A DNA stretch of 64,000 nucleotides from an uncultured Arcobacteraceae bacterium (GCA_964022095.1 CAXHZO010000002.1:224001-288000); one strand, 5' to 3'. Shown: positions 1 to 8,750, counted from the first letter of the stretch. Numbers and translations are program-made. Notes: a model not told the origin generated them from the letters alone.

Positions 1-260
1 AATTGAAATCTATAATTTACATAATCTTGATTTGTACTAGAATTTCCAAGATATGTTGGTATATTTACATGATCACCATGTTCTGTATGATAACTTATTG
101 GAACAATTACATTTTCTTTTTTATTTATATTTGCATATGAAATTGAAATTCCTGCTTGTATTTTATTCTGTTCAACTAATATTTTATCTATTTTCAGTGG
201 TTTTGCAAATAAAAATAGTGGCATTGATACTAAAATAAGTAATATTTCTTTTTTCATCAT
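1..260 (-). CDS. Exported protein, probable outer-membrane beta-barrel/transporter (partial, runs off the left edge; not in the ORF track)
   Basis: Manual translation from ATG 260 (ATGA overlap with the upstream stop): MMKKEILLILVSMPLFLFA-KPLKIDKILVEQNKIQAGISISYANINKKENVIVPISYHTEHGDHVNIPTYLGNSSTNQDYVNYRFQ. Open to position 1, with a Sec signal and alternating beta-strand pattern. Confidence 0.7.
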   Translation of the reverse strand, partial: MMKKEILLILVSMPLFLFAKPLKIDKILVEQNKIQAGISISYANINKKENVIVPISYHTEHGDHVNIPTYLGNSSTNQDYVNYRFQ

Positions 261-517
261 TTTTCATCTTCTCCCCATAAGCCTGCTTCGTCTATCCATC
301 GAGTAGTATAAGCATAAGAATAAGCCGTTAGAGGAAAAATAGCAGCAAACCCTATAAAACCTCTATCTACAAAAAAAAACATTATTAATGCAATAATACC
401 TAAAATTATAAACGAATACTCACGTCGTAATGCATTCTTTCTTGATGTTTCTCCTAGCATACTTAATTTAATCCAAAAAGGTACACTTTTCCATTCTTTC
501 GAATTTTTGTCTATCAT
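257..517 (-). CDS. Small two-TM membrane protein, candidate bacteriocin immunity protein
   Basis: 86 aa with two hydrophobic segments, AGGA RBS, directly downstream of the microcin-like precursor. Confidence 0.65.
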   Translation of the reverse strand: MIDKNSKEWKSVPFWIKLSMLGETSRKNALRREYSFIILGIIALIMFFFVDRGFIGFAAIFPLTAYSYAYTTRWIDEAGLWGEDEK

Positions 518-553
518 AAAATTTCCTAAAATTTATTTTTAAATATAATAATG

Positions 554-579
554 AATGGTAAGCCTTATAGCTTACCATT
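554..579 (-). terminator. Stem-loop after the precursor gene
   Basis: AATGGTAAGC-6 nt-GCTTACCATT perfect 10-bp inverted repeat, abutting the stop of the repaired precursor frame. Confidence 0.6.
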
Positions 580-981
580 TAAAAAGGACAACAATCTAAT
601 TCATTATAACCACTTATATAAGCTGTCGCAGCCATACCCCAAGTGTTCTAATCGAATTTATGGGACTAATAAATCCTCCAACAGCCCCACCTATAAACGC
701 AGTCTGTAAACCACTAGATGTCAGATTACCTTCAGCCCCCGCTAAATAACCAGCTCCACTTACATAAGCACCAACAATTGCACCAGCTACATTCACCCAA
801 ACCTCACCTTTCGTATTTTGCATCTCTTCACTATTTAATGAAATAGTATTTACTGAACTATCAAATAAAAACTCTGTATCTGATTTACTTACACTTAGCA
901 AATTCTTATCTACAGATTGATTAGCATTGGCAACACTTGTAAATAAGAAAGTTATGCTAAGAGCTAATAATATTTTTTCAC
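579..981 (-). pseudogene. Secreted microcin/bacteriocin-like precursor, apparently frameshifted twice (ORF track shows only 614..901)
   Basis: AAGGAG-5nt-GTG at 981. The signal peptide KILLALSITFLFTSVANA is one base out of frame with that GTG. Leader motif LNSEEMQNTKG, then a Gly/Ala-rich hydrophobic core. Confidence 0.6.
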
Positions 982-1084
982 TTTTTCTCCTTAAAATTTA
1001 TCTTTTTAACCAGAAATGGCACCTTTCACTTTAAGTTAAAAAATATTAACTTATTTAAAAAAACTGATACTTTATTTATTATAA

Positions 1085-1105
1085 TTATAATAATCATTAT
1101 TATAA
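1085..1105. promoter_or_regulatory. 10-1-10 palindrome, Fur-box-like
   Basis: TTATAATAAT-C-ATTATTATAA. Positions 1083-1101 match GATAATGATAATCATTATC at 15/19, but the background is very AT-rich. Confidence 0.35.
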
Positions 1106-1189
1106 ATAAAATATTATTAATTTATTATGACTACTAGAATTTATATGTATTAATTTTAATTAGAATTGTATAGGAAAATGGGAATGTAT

Positions 1190-1222
1190 AAATCTTAGGT
1201 AGTTTTAATACTCCTAAGATTT
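1190..1222 (-). terminator. Putative terminator after hemB
   Basis: AAATCTTAGG...CCTAAGATTT inverted repeat just past the hemB stop. Confidence 0.55.
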
Positions 1223-1240
1223 CTATTTAGTTAAGTTGTT

Positions 1241-2212
1241 TTATTTTTTTAAAAGCTCACAAGCTTCTTTAGCATGATATGTAATAATGATATCTGCACC
1301 AGCTCTTTTGAAACTTAAAAGTGTTTCCATCATTACTCTTTCATAATCAATTAATCCAGCAGCACCTGCATTTTTAAGCATTGCATACTCACCACTTACG
1401 TTATAAACACATAGTGGTAATTTTGTTTCATTTCTAATATCTCTAATAATATCCATATATGATAGTGCTGGTTTTACCATAAGTATATCAGCACCTTGTC
1501 TTTCATCTTCAAGTGACTCTTCAATAGCTTCTAATCTATTTGCTGGATTCATTTGGTATGATCTTCTGTCTCCAAAAGATGGTGTTGATTCTGCAACATC
1601 TCTAAATGGTCCATAATATGCACTTGCAAATTTTGTTGAATATGCCATAATAGGTAAGTTTTCATAACCATTCTCATCAAGGGCTGTTCTTAATGTTTCA
1701 ATAATCCCATCCATCATTCCAGAAGGTGCAATCATATCTGCACCTGCTTTTGCATGTACAATTGCTTGTTGCGCAGAAATCTCTAGTGTCTTATCATTAT
1801 CAACTGTTTCAGTTTTTGGATCTAAGATACCACAGTGGCCATGGTCAGTATATTCACAAAAACATAAATCAGTTACTATAAACATATCTGGAAATTTTGC
1901 TTTAATTGCTTTAATTGTTCTTGAAATAATGCTTTCATCACATAAACATTCACTACCAACAGAGTCTTTAACATCAGGAATAGCAAAAAGTATGATTGAT
2001 TTTAAATCAATACTTTGTAAATATTCACACTCTTTTAATATTTCATCAATACTCATTTGAAATACACCTGGCATAGATGAAACTTCAGTTTTTATACCAG
2101 TTCCTTCTTTTACAAACAATGGATAGATAAAATCATCAGTGCTTAATTTTGTTTCTTGAACTAAGTTTCTTAATGTTTTATTTATTCTCAATCTTCTATA
2201 TCGTTTAAACAT
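1241..2212 (-). CDS. hemB: Porphobilinogen synthase (ALA dehydratase)
   Basis: [14 protein letters not shown]n motif, [22 protein letters not shown]. Confidence 0.98.
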   Translation of the reverse strand: MFKRYRRLRINKTLRNLVQETKLSTDDFIYPLFVKEGTGIKTEVSSMPGVFQMSIDEILKECEYLQSIDLKSIILFAIPDVKDSVGSECLCDESIISRTIKAIKAKFPDMFIVTDLCFCEYTDHGHCGILDPKTETVDNDKTLEISAQQAIVHAKAGADMIAPSGMMDGIIETLRTALDENGYENLPIMAYSTKFASAYYGPFRDVAESTPSFGDRRSYQMNPANRLEAIEESLEDERQGADILMVKPALSYMDIIRDIRNETKLPLCVYNVSGEYAMLKNAGAAGLIDYERVMMETLLSFKRAGADIIITYHAKEACELLKK

Positions 2213-2271
2213 AATATTTACCTCTTTTGGTTATAATCACGGAATTCTAACAATTTAAGGTTTAAATACAA

Positions 2272-2847
2272 ATGAATATTATCCAATCAAATATTGCCAA
2301 TTTGCCTACAAAATATGGAAAATTTAGAATAAAAGCTTATAAACAAGACAATCAAGAACATTTAGCAATCATGAGTGAAGATTTTGAAAATATCGAAGCA
2401 CCTTATGTAAGAATTCACTCAGAGTGCTTAACTGGAGACACTTTAGGAAGCTTAAAGTGTGATTGTCAAAACCAACTTGATTTAGCATTAAAATTTATTG
2501 CGCAAGAAGGTGGTTTAGTAATTTACCATAGACAAGAAGGTAGAAATATTGGTTTACTTAATAAAGTAAATGCTTATGCATTGCAAGACCAAGGTAGAAA
2601 TACAATTGAGGCGAACCTAGAATTAGGTTTTAAAGAAGATGAGAGAGATTACTCTGTTGTTGGTTTTATTTTTGAAGATTTAGGTGTGAAAAAATTAAAA
2701 CTAATTACAAATAATCCTACAAAAATAGAATATGTAGAGAGTTTAGGTGTAGAAATAGTTGAGAGAATTCCTGCTATTACTAAATCAAACAAGTATAATG
2801 AAGGTTATTTATCTACTAAAAAAGAAAAAATGGGACATATGCTTTAA
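2272..2847 (+). CDS. ribA: GTP cyclohydrolase II
   Basis: VRIHSECLTGD..SLKCDC, QEGRNIGL, TNNP motifs. Confidence 0.97.
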   Translation: MNIIQSNIANLPTKYGKFRIKAYKQDNQEHLAIMSEDFENIEAPYVRIHSECLTGDTLGSLKCDCQNQLDLALKFIAQEGGLVIYHRQEGRNIGLLNKVNAYALQDQGRNTIEANLELGFKEDERDYSVVGFIFEDLGVKKLKLITNNPTKIEYVESLGVEIVERIPAITKSNKYNEGYLSTKKEKMGHML

Positions 2848-3431
2848 TGAGTTTAAAATATTTACTTGAATCAAATGGCTTATCTTTTGATGAAAAGTTT
2901 TATGAAGACTGTCAAGTTTTTGTAGAACTTCTTCAACAATGGGGAAAGATACATAATTTAAGTGGTAGATTAAGTGATACTGATATTCATGAGAATATTT
3001 TAGATTCACTTTATCCTCTTAAATTCATTGATAAGTATGACTCTTTTGCAGATATTGGAACAGGTGCTGGGTATCCTGGGCTTGTTTTAGCAATAGCTTT
3101 AAAAGATGTAAAATCATATTTAATAGAACCAAGAATAAAAAGAGTCTCTTTTTTAAATTTTGTAAAAGCAAGTTTAAAATTAGAAAATCTTACTGTTATT
3201 TGTGATAGAGTTGAAAAAGTAAAAGATATTCAAGTGGATTTAATTACTTCAAGAGCGGTAACGAATACTTCACTATTACTTGATATAACATCAAATATTA
3301 AAAAAGAGACTAGCTCTTATCTTTTCTATAAGGGAAGTTTATTACAAAGTGAATTAGAAGTAGCTAGTGTAAATGATTATAAAATAGTAAATAGAAATGA
3401 TAGAAACTATTTATATATAAAAGGTAAATAA
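2847..3431 (+). CDS. rsmG: 16S rRNA m7G527 methyltransferase
   Basis: HNLS, ILDSL, DIGTGAGYPG, ITSRAV. Confidence 0.95.
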   Translation: MSLKYLLESNGLSFDEKFYEDCQVFVELLQQWGKIHNLSGRLSDTDIHENILDSLYPLKFIDKYDSFADIGTGAGYPGLVLAIALKDVKSYLIEPRIKRVSFLNFVKASLKLENLTVICDRVEKVKDIQVDLITSRAVTNTSLLLDITSNIKKETSSYLFYKGSLLQSELEVASVNDYKIVNRNDRNYLYIKGK

Positions 3432-3664
3432 TGGTATTAAAAGTTTTAGCAATATTAGTTGTGCTAGTTTTAGTGTATATTCTTTTTTTCAAAAAAAATA
3501 GAGAACAAGAAATAGGTGTAAAAAGCAATAAGAAGAATAAAAAACACGAGATTGAAGATGAATTAGTAGAGTGTCCTACTTGTAAAACTTATGTTTCTAA
3601 TAAAGAATCAATTTTAAGTAATGGAAAATACTATTGCTCAAAAGAGTGTTTAGTAAATAAATAG
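3431..3664 (+). CDS. PP0621-like small membrane protein with C-terminal Cys cluster
   Basis: N-terminal TM helix and LVECPTCKTYV...YYCSKEC. Confidence 0.8.
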   Translation: MVLKVLAILVVLVLVYILFFKKNREQEIGVKSNKKNKKHEIEDELVECPTCKTYVSNKESILSNGKYYCSKECLVNK

Positions 3665-3673
3665 GAAAATTTA

Positions 3674-4042
3674 ATGATACTTATAGGTGATGAATTAGTT
3701 CCTTTTGAAACTATTTCAAAAATAAAAGATATAGAAGATATTAAATCAACAAAATCTAATAGTACAGTTTTATTTAATTTTGATGAAGCAATTTTAAAGT
3801 ATTGTTTTGAAAATGAATTATCAAGTGCAGTTACTATTAATTGTATAAAAGAAGCAATATATGCAAATAGTTTAAATGCTAAATATATAATTTGTGATAC
3901 AAGTCTTGCACTTAAAGTTCAAAAAATTGCAGATAATTATATGTTTGATACTAGAATTTTAGCGATTATTGAGTCAAGCGATGAAATAGAAAAAATTGCA
4001 TTAAATGAAATTGATGGAGCAATTTATAAAAATCTAATATGA
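3674..4042 (+). CDS. Hypothetical protein
   Basis: 122-aa ORF with AGGA RBS inside the operon. Confidence 0.75.
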   Translation: MILIGDELVPFETISKIKDIEDIKSTKSNSTVLFNFDEAILKYCFENELSSAVTINCIKEAIYANSLNAKYIICDTSLALKVQKIADNYMFDTRILAIIESSDEIEKIALNEIDGAIYKNLI

Positions 4043-4383
4043 AATATTTAGTTTTTTTAACTTTTTTTATTACTTCATTATTTTCATGTAGTGGAGATTG
4101 TATGTCGTGTCATCCTGTACTTAAACAAAGTATAGATAAGCCTCATCATATTATGTTAATTAGTTGTATAAAGTGCCATACGAAACTTCCTGAAGGAATG
4201 ACTAGTTGTGGAGGTGATTGCTTTGAGTGTCACTCTCAAAATAAACTTATAAACTTAAATACTATACCTGAACACACAAAACTAGAAACATGTAAACAGT
4301 GTCATATAAACAAAGAGGATTTATTTAATACTCCATCTTTGAATGACTCAACAAATCTAATGAATTTACTTAAAAATAAGTAA
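4039..4383 (+). CDS. Small exported tetraheme c-type cytochrome
   Basis: Signal peptide and four CxxCH motifs (CMSCH, CIKCH, CFECH, CKQCH). Confidence 0.8.
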   Translation: MKYLVFLTFFITSLFSCSGDCMSCHPVLKQSIDKPHHIMLISCIKCHTKLPEGMTSCGGDCFECHSQNKLINLNTIPEHTKLETCKQCHINKEDLFNTPSLNDSTNLMNLLKNK

Positions 4384-4430
4384 TTATTAGATAATATAAT
4401 TACCTTTAATAAGAAACAAATAGGAATATT

Positions 4431-4586
4431 GTGAAAGAAATATTAGATATTATCATTTTGATTATGTTCGTTATCATGGTTGCATTATTTATAATTAATT
4501 TTAACAAGCAACAGATAAAAAAATTTACAGACAAAATAGATAAAAATGAAAAAAAGAATTCAAGCAAGGATACAATAGATGAATAA
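4431..4586 (+). CDS. 51-aa single-TM small protein (not in the ORF track)
   Basis: AGGA RBS then GTG; MKEILDIIILIMFVIMVALFIINFNKQQIKKFTDKIDKNEKKNSSKDTIDE; overlaps the glyS start by 8 nt. Confidence 0.65.
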   Translation: MKEILDIIILIMFVIMVALFIINFNKQQIKKFTDKIDKNEKKNSSKDTIDE

Positions 4587-6594
4587 ACCATTATTAATTG
4601 AAATTGGTGTAGAAGAATTACCAGCAATTCCATTTTTAAAAGAGTTACCAAACATTGAGAAAAAATGGACAGATATTTTAGAAAAAAATAGATTACTATG
4701 TGATTTTGAATTTTTCTATACACCAAGAAGATTAGTATTATGGCACAGAGAATTTCAAGTTAAACAAGAAGATTCAGTTGTTGAACAATTTGGAGCTCCT
4801 GTTAAAATTGCATTTAAAGATGGACAACCAACTGGTGCTGCCATTGGTTTTGCAAAAAAATGTGGTGTAAGTGTTGATGAACTTGAAAAAATTGACCAAG
4901 GTAGAGGGGAAGTTCTATATTTCAAACAAGAAGTAGTAGGAACTAAAGCTAGTGATTTATTAAATGAAATGGTAAATGAATTTATTAATTCACTAAACTT
5001 TGGGAAATCAATGAGATGGGCAAGTAGAACTGATAGTTTTATTAGACCTATTAGAAGTTTATCTATTATTCATGGTGAAGAAATAGTTGAGGGTGAATTA
5101 TATGGTGTAAAATCATCTAATTTCTCATTTGCTCACAGAATGGTTTCTTATGAACCATTTACTTACTCTTTTGCAGGGGATTACTTCTGTAAACTTGATA
5201 AAAATGGAGTAATTTTATATCCAGATGAAAGAAGAAAAATCATATTAGATCAAATGAAAACAATAGAGCAAAGAGAAAATGTATCTATTGAAATTGATCA
5301 AGAATTACTTGAAGAAGTTGTAGCAATAACTGAGTACCCAACTGCATTAATTGGAAGATTTGATGAAGAGTTCTTAGAATTACCAGAAGAGGTTATTGTA
5401 ACTTCAATGAAAGAACACCAAAGATATTTTGCTGTTTATAAAGATGGTAAATTAACAAATAATTTTATTGTTGTATCAAACTCTAAAACTGATGATTTTG
5501 GTTATATTATCTCAGGAAATGAAAAAGTACTAAGACCTAGACTTGCTGATGGTATGTTCTTTTATAAAAATGATATCAATAATGGTTTATCAAATGAAGG
5601 ACTTAAAAAATTAACATTTGTTGAAGGTTTAGGTTCAATGTATGAAAAATGTGAGAGAGAAACTAAAATAGCTGAATATCTTGCAACTGAATTTAGTGTT
5701 GAACAAAAAGAGTTATTACAAAAAGCTGTAATGTTAAGTAAAGCTGATCTTATGTCTGAAATGGTCTTTGAGTTTACAGAACTTCAAGGGCTTATGGGAT
5801 ACTACTATGCAAAACTTGCAGGAGAAGATGAATTAGTATATACAGCATTAAAAGAGCAATACCTACCAGATGGTGAAGATTCTGAACTTCCATCAACTTC
5901 ATTCTCATCAATTGTTGCATTATCTTATAAGTTAGATAACTTAATGGGTTTATTTAGTGTTGGTAAGATTCCAACTGGTTCTAAAGATCCATTTGGATTA
6001 AGAAGAGCTGCAGCTGGTATTGTAAAAATTGCAATGGAGCATAAACTTCCAATTGATTTTAATGATATTATTGATGCTTTAATCTCTAATTATCCAGGCT
6101 TAGATAAAAAAGCTTTAATTGAGTTCTTTAATGAAAGATTATTTAAAATTTTTGATGTTAATCCAACAGTTCTAAAAGCAGTACTTGGTAGTGGTGAAAC
6201 AAATATTTATGAAATTTCACAAAAACTTTGCGCACTTAACCCTATTGTTTTAAGTGATAATTTCAAAGAATATACTGCTACATTTAAAAGAGTTGCAAAT
6301 ATCATTAAAGATGTGGACACTAATTCTAAATTAGTTATTGATGAAGCATTATTTGAAGATATTGAAGAAAAAGCTTTATTTGCTAAATATAGTGAAATTA
6401 CTTCTAAATCATATAGTGATTATGAAGTAGAATTAGATGCATTATTTAGTATGAAAGAACAGTTAGATAACTTCTTTGATAATGTATTTGTAAATCATGA
6501 AAATGAAGCAATTAAAACAAATAGAAAAAATTTAATTGGATTAGTATATCAAGCATTTAAGAAAATTGCTGATATCAAAGAAATTACAATATAA
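4579..6594 (+). CDS. glyS: Glycine--tRNA ligase beta subunit
   Basis: LLIEIGVEELP, TPRRL, KSMRW, EFTELQG, GSKDPFGLRR. Confidence 0.98.
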   Translation: MNKPLLIEIGVEELPAIPFLKELPNIEKKWTDILEKNRLLCDFEFFYTPRRLVLWHREFQVKQEDSVVEQFGAPVKIAFKDGQPTGAAIGFAKKCGVSVDELEKIDQGRGEVLYFKQEVVGTKASDLLNEMVNEFINSLNFGKSMRWASRTDSFIRPIRSLSIIHGEEIVEGELYGVKSSNFSFAHRMVSYEPFTYSFAGDYFCKLDKNGVILYPDERRKIILDQMKTIEQRENVSIEIDQELLEEVVAITEYPTALIGRFDEEFLELPEEVIVTSMKEHQRYFAVYKDGKLTNNFIVVSNSKTDDFGYIISGNEKVLRPRLADGMFFYKNDINNGLSNEGLKKLTFVEGLGSMYEKCERETKIAEYLATEFSVEQKELLQKAVMLSKADLMSEMVFEFTELQGLMGYYYAKLAGEDELVYTALKEQYLPDGEDSELPSTSFSSIVALSYKLDNLMGLFSVGKIPTGSKDPFGLRRAAAGIVKIAMEHKLPIDFNDIIDALISNYPGLDKKALIEFFNERLFKIFDVNPTVLKAVLGSGETNIYEISQKLCALNPIVLSDNFKEYTATFKRVANIIKDVDTNSKLVIDEALFEDIEEKALFAKYSEITSKSYSDYEVELDALFSMKEQLDNFFDNVFVNHENEAIKTNRKNLIGLVYQAFKKIADIKEITI

Positions 6595-6603
6595 GGAAGA
6601 AGT

Positions 6604-6954
6604 ATGAAAAAAACACTATTAATAGGTTCATCAATTTTATTAGCATTTCTAGTTAGTGGTTGTGAAGAAAAACAGAATAAGATCAATAGATATATTCAAA
6701 ATTGGACAGGGGTTAATGGTGTTTTAGAAGTATATGCAGGTGATAAGCTTGTAAAGAGATTCATTAAAATAGATAAGCTTTCTACTGCTGTTGCAACAGA
6801 AGGAAGTAGAAATAGACCATATAGATATGGTTATGGAGTTTTAGATGAGAATCTAAACTTCAAAAAAGATGTAGGGGAAAATAAAGTATATTTTGAGTTT
6901 TCTGATTACTCAACTAGTTATATCTTTTTTGAAAACCCTAATCCAAAAAATTAA
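6604..6954 (+). CDS. Lipoprotein of unknown function
   Basis: Lipobox LVSGC after a hydrophobic signal. Confidence 0.8.
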   Translation: MKKTLLIGSSILLAFLVSGCEEKQNKINRYIQNWTGVNGVLEVYAGDKLVKRFIKIDKLSTAVATEGSRNRPYRYGYGVLDENLNFKKDVGENKVYFEFSDYSTSYIFFENPNPKN

Positions 6955-6966
6955 TAAGGATCAAAT

Positions 6967-7167
6967 ATGTTTAAGAGTTTAGTTCTTATTGCTATTGTTG
7001 CATTTTCTTTTAGTGGATGTGCTACATGGGAAGGTATGAAAAAAGACGCTTCTTCAATATGGGAAGTTGTTAGTAATAAAAGTTCAGATGCATGGGAAGT
7101 AACAAAAGAGAGTAGTTCTGAAGCATATGATGTAACTAAAGAAAAAGTACAAGAAATAGTAGAATAA
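6967..7167 (+). CDS. Small lipoprotein (entericidin-like N-terminus, 11-mer repeats)
   Basis: FSGCATWEGMKKD followed by repeated S-x-A-W/Y-E/D-V-T-K-E units. Confidence 0.75.
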   Translation: MFKSLVLIAIVAFSFSGCATWEGMKKDASSIWEVVSNKSSDAWEVTKESSSEAYDVTKEKVQEIVE

Positions 7168-7169
7168 AA

Positions 7170-7223
7170 TTATATAGCTGTAATTTCAAAGTTCGCAGAT
7201 ATAAAAATATTACAGCTATATAA
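7170..7223. terminator. Inverted repeat between the convergent lipoprotein gene and tRNA operon
   Basis: TTATATAGCTGTAAT...ATTACAGCTATATAA, 15-bp arms. Confidence 0.6.
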
Positions 7224-7281
7224 ATATAATAAATTTTGTAAAAAAATTGGTATTTATTAAATAAAGATTTAGAAATTTTAG

Positions 7282-7358
7282 TGGAGCTGATGAAGGGAGT
7301 CGAACCCCCGACCTGCTGATTACAAATCAGCTGCTCTAGCCAACTGAGCTACATCAGC
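7282..7358 (-). tRNA. tRNA-Thr(TGT)
   Basis: Reverse complement GCTGATGTAGCTCAG...CTGATT-TGT-AATCAG...GGTTCGAC...TCCA, 77 nt. Confidence 0.97.
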
Positions 7359-7380
7359 ATCCAAAATTGAAAAAGTGTTA

Positions 7381-7457
7381 TGGTGTCAAGAGAGAGACTT
7401 GAACTCTCGACCTCCGGCTTATGAGACCAGCGCTCTAGCCAGCTGAGCTACCTTGAC
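7381..7457 (-). tRNA. tRNA with CAT anticodon (probably elongator Met)
   Basis: Reverse complement GTCAAGGTAGCTCAG...GTCT-CAT-AAGCC...GTTCAAGT...ACCA, paired 1:72. Ile2 not fully excluded. Confidence 0.92.
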
Positions 7458-7469
7458 ATCCTGACTAAT

Positions 7470-7546
<77 letters not shown>

Positions 7547-7593
7547 GTTTGATTCTTAAGGACTTGAATGAACCCAAGCTTTAAGAGGGTGGA

Positions 7594-7622
7594 ATTATAG
7601 TTAAAATTCTAAATTATGTCAA
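7594..7622 (-). promoter_or_regulatory. Sigma70 promoter of the tRNA operon
   Basis: TTGACA (7622-7617), 17 nt, TATAAT (7599-7594), followed by a C-rich discriminator. Confidence 0.85.
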
Positions 7623-7699
7623 GGGTTTTTTATATTAAATTTTAAATATTTCGATATAATTTCAAATATATTAAAACTAATTATACAAAAGAAGATTTT

Positions 7700-8731
7700 A
7701 TGAACGCAATACAAAGAGTAAAAGAAGCAATAGAAGAGATACAAAAAGGTAACATGGTTATCATGTTAGATGATGAAGATAGAGAGAATGAAGGTGATTT
7801 AGTTTATGCAGCGCCTCTTAGTACTCCACAGAAAGTAAACTTTATGGCAACACATGCAAAAGGTTTGATTTGTGTGTCAGTTACTAAAGAGACTGCTAAT
7901 AGATTAGAATTAAACCCTATGGTTAGTTCAAACACTTCATCTTATGAAACAGCATTTACTGTTTCAGTTGATGCAGCTGATGCATCTACAGGAATTAGTG
8001 CAGGGGAGAGAGATGATACAATTAAAATATTAGCTAATCCAATCTCAAAAGAACAAGAGTTAGTAAAACCTGGGCATATATTTCCTTTAATAGCAAAAGA
8101 TGGTGGTGTATTAGTAAGAACTGGTCATACAGAAGGAAGTGTCGATTTATGTAAATTAGCAGGTCTTAATGGAGAAGCAGTTATTTGTGAAATCATGAAA
8201 GAAGATGGAACAATGGCAAGAAGAGATGATTTAGATATTTTTGCACAAAAACATGATTTAAAACAAATTTATATTTCTGATCTAGTAGAATATAGATTAT
8301 CTCATGAAAAATTAGTTGAAGAGATTAGTTCAACTGAAACAACTTTTTTTAATACAGATGTAAAGAAAAAAGAGTTCAAAGATCATTTAGGAAATGTTCA
8401 CACTGCAATTGTATTTAAAGAGTTTGAAGAAGTAACTCATGTAAAGTTTCACTCAGTAATCCCTGATATAAATTTATTTTTAAATGATAATAAATTACAC
8501 TCTATGCTAAAAACAATTAACTTTTTACAAGCAAAAGGTGGAATATTAATATTTTTAACAGGTTCTGAAATGGCTAAAGATAGTCAAAAAGATTATGGAG
8601 TAGGGGCGCAAATACTTAATTGTTTAAATATTAAGAAAATTAAATTAATGACAAGTGGTGGTAAACACTCATTTGTTGGTTTAAATGGATTTGGTTTAGA
8701 AATAACAGAAGAGATTCAAATAGAGTGTTAA
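7700..8731 (+). CDS. ribB: DHBP synthase fused to a degenerate GTP cyclohydrolase II-like domain (RibBX-type)
   Basis: DDEDRENEGD, TAFTVSVD, PGHIFPL, RTGHTE. The C-terminal domain lacks the Zn-binding Cys residues. Confidence 0.93.
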   Translation: MNAIQRVKEAIEEIQKGNMVIMLDDEDRENEGDLVYAAPLSTPQKVNFMATHAKGLICVSVTKETANRLELNPMVSSNTSSYETAFTVSVDAADASTGISAGERDDTIKILANPISKEQELVKPGHIFPLIAKDGGVLVRTGHTEGSVDLCKLAGLNGEAVICEIMKEDGTMARRDDLDIFAQKHDLKQIYISDLVEYRLSHEKLVEEISSTETTFFNTDVKKKEFKDHLGNVHTAIVFKEFEEVTHVKFHSVIPDINLFLNDNKLHSMLKTINFLQAKGGILIFLTGSEMAKDSQKDYGVGAQILNCLNIKKIKLMTSGGKHSFVGLNGFGLEITEEIQIEC

Positions 8732-8743
8732 TACACTCTATTT
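8718..8743. terminator. Hairpin between convergent genes
   Basis: AAATAGAGTGT-TAAT-ACACTCTATTT. Confidence 0.6.
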
Positions 8744-8750
8744 AAATAAA

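Noticed and set aside
53-238. Plus-strand 61-aa ORF
   Set aside because: Shadow of the minus-strand exported protein at 1..260, which has a signal peptide and a coupled start.
4406-4726. Minus-strand 106-aa hydrophobic ORF
   Set aside because: Antisense to glyS and to the 51-aa ORF; composition is typical of a shadow frame.
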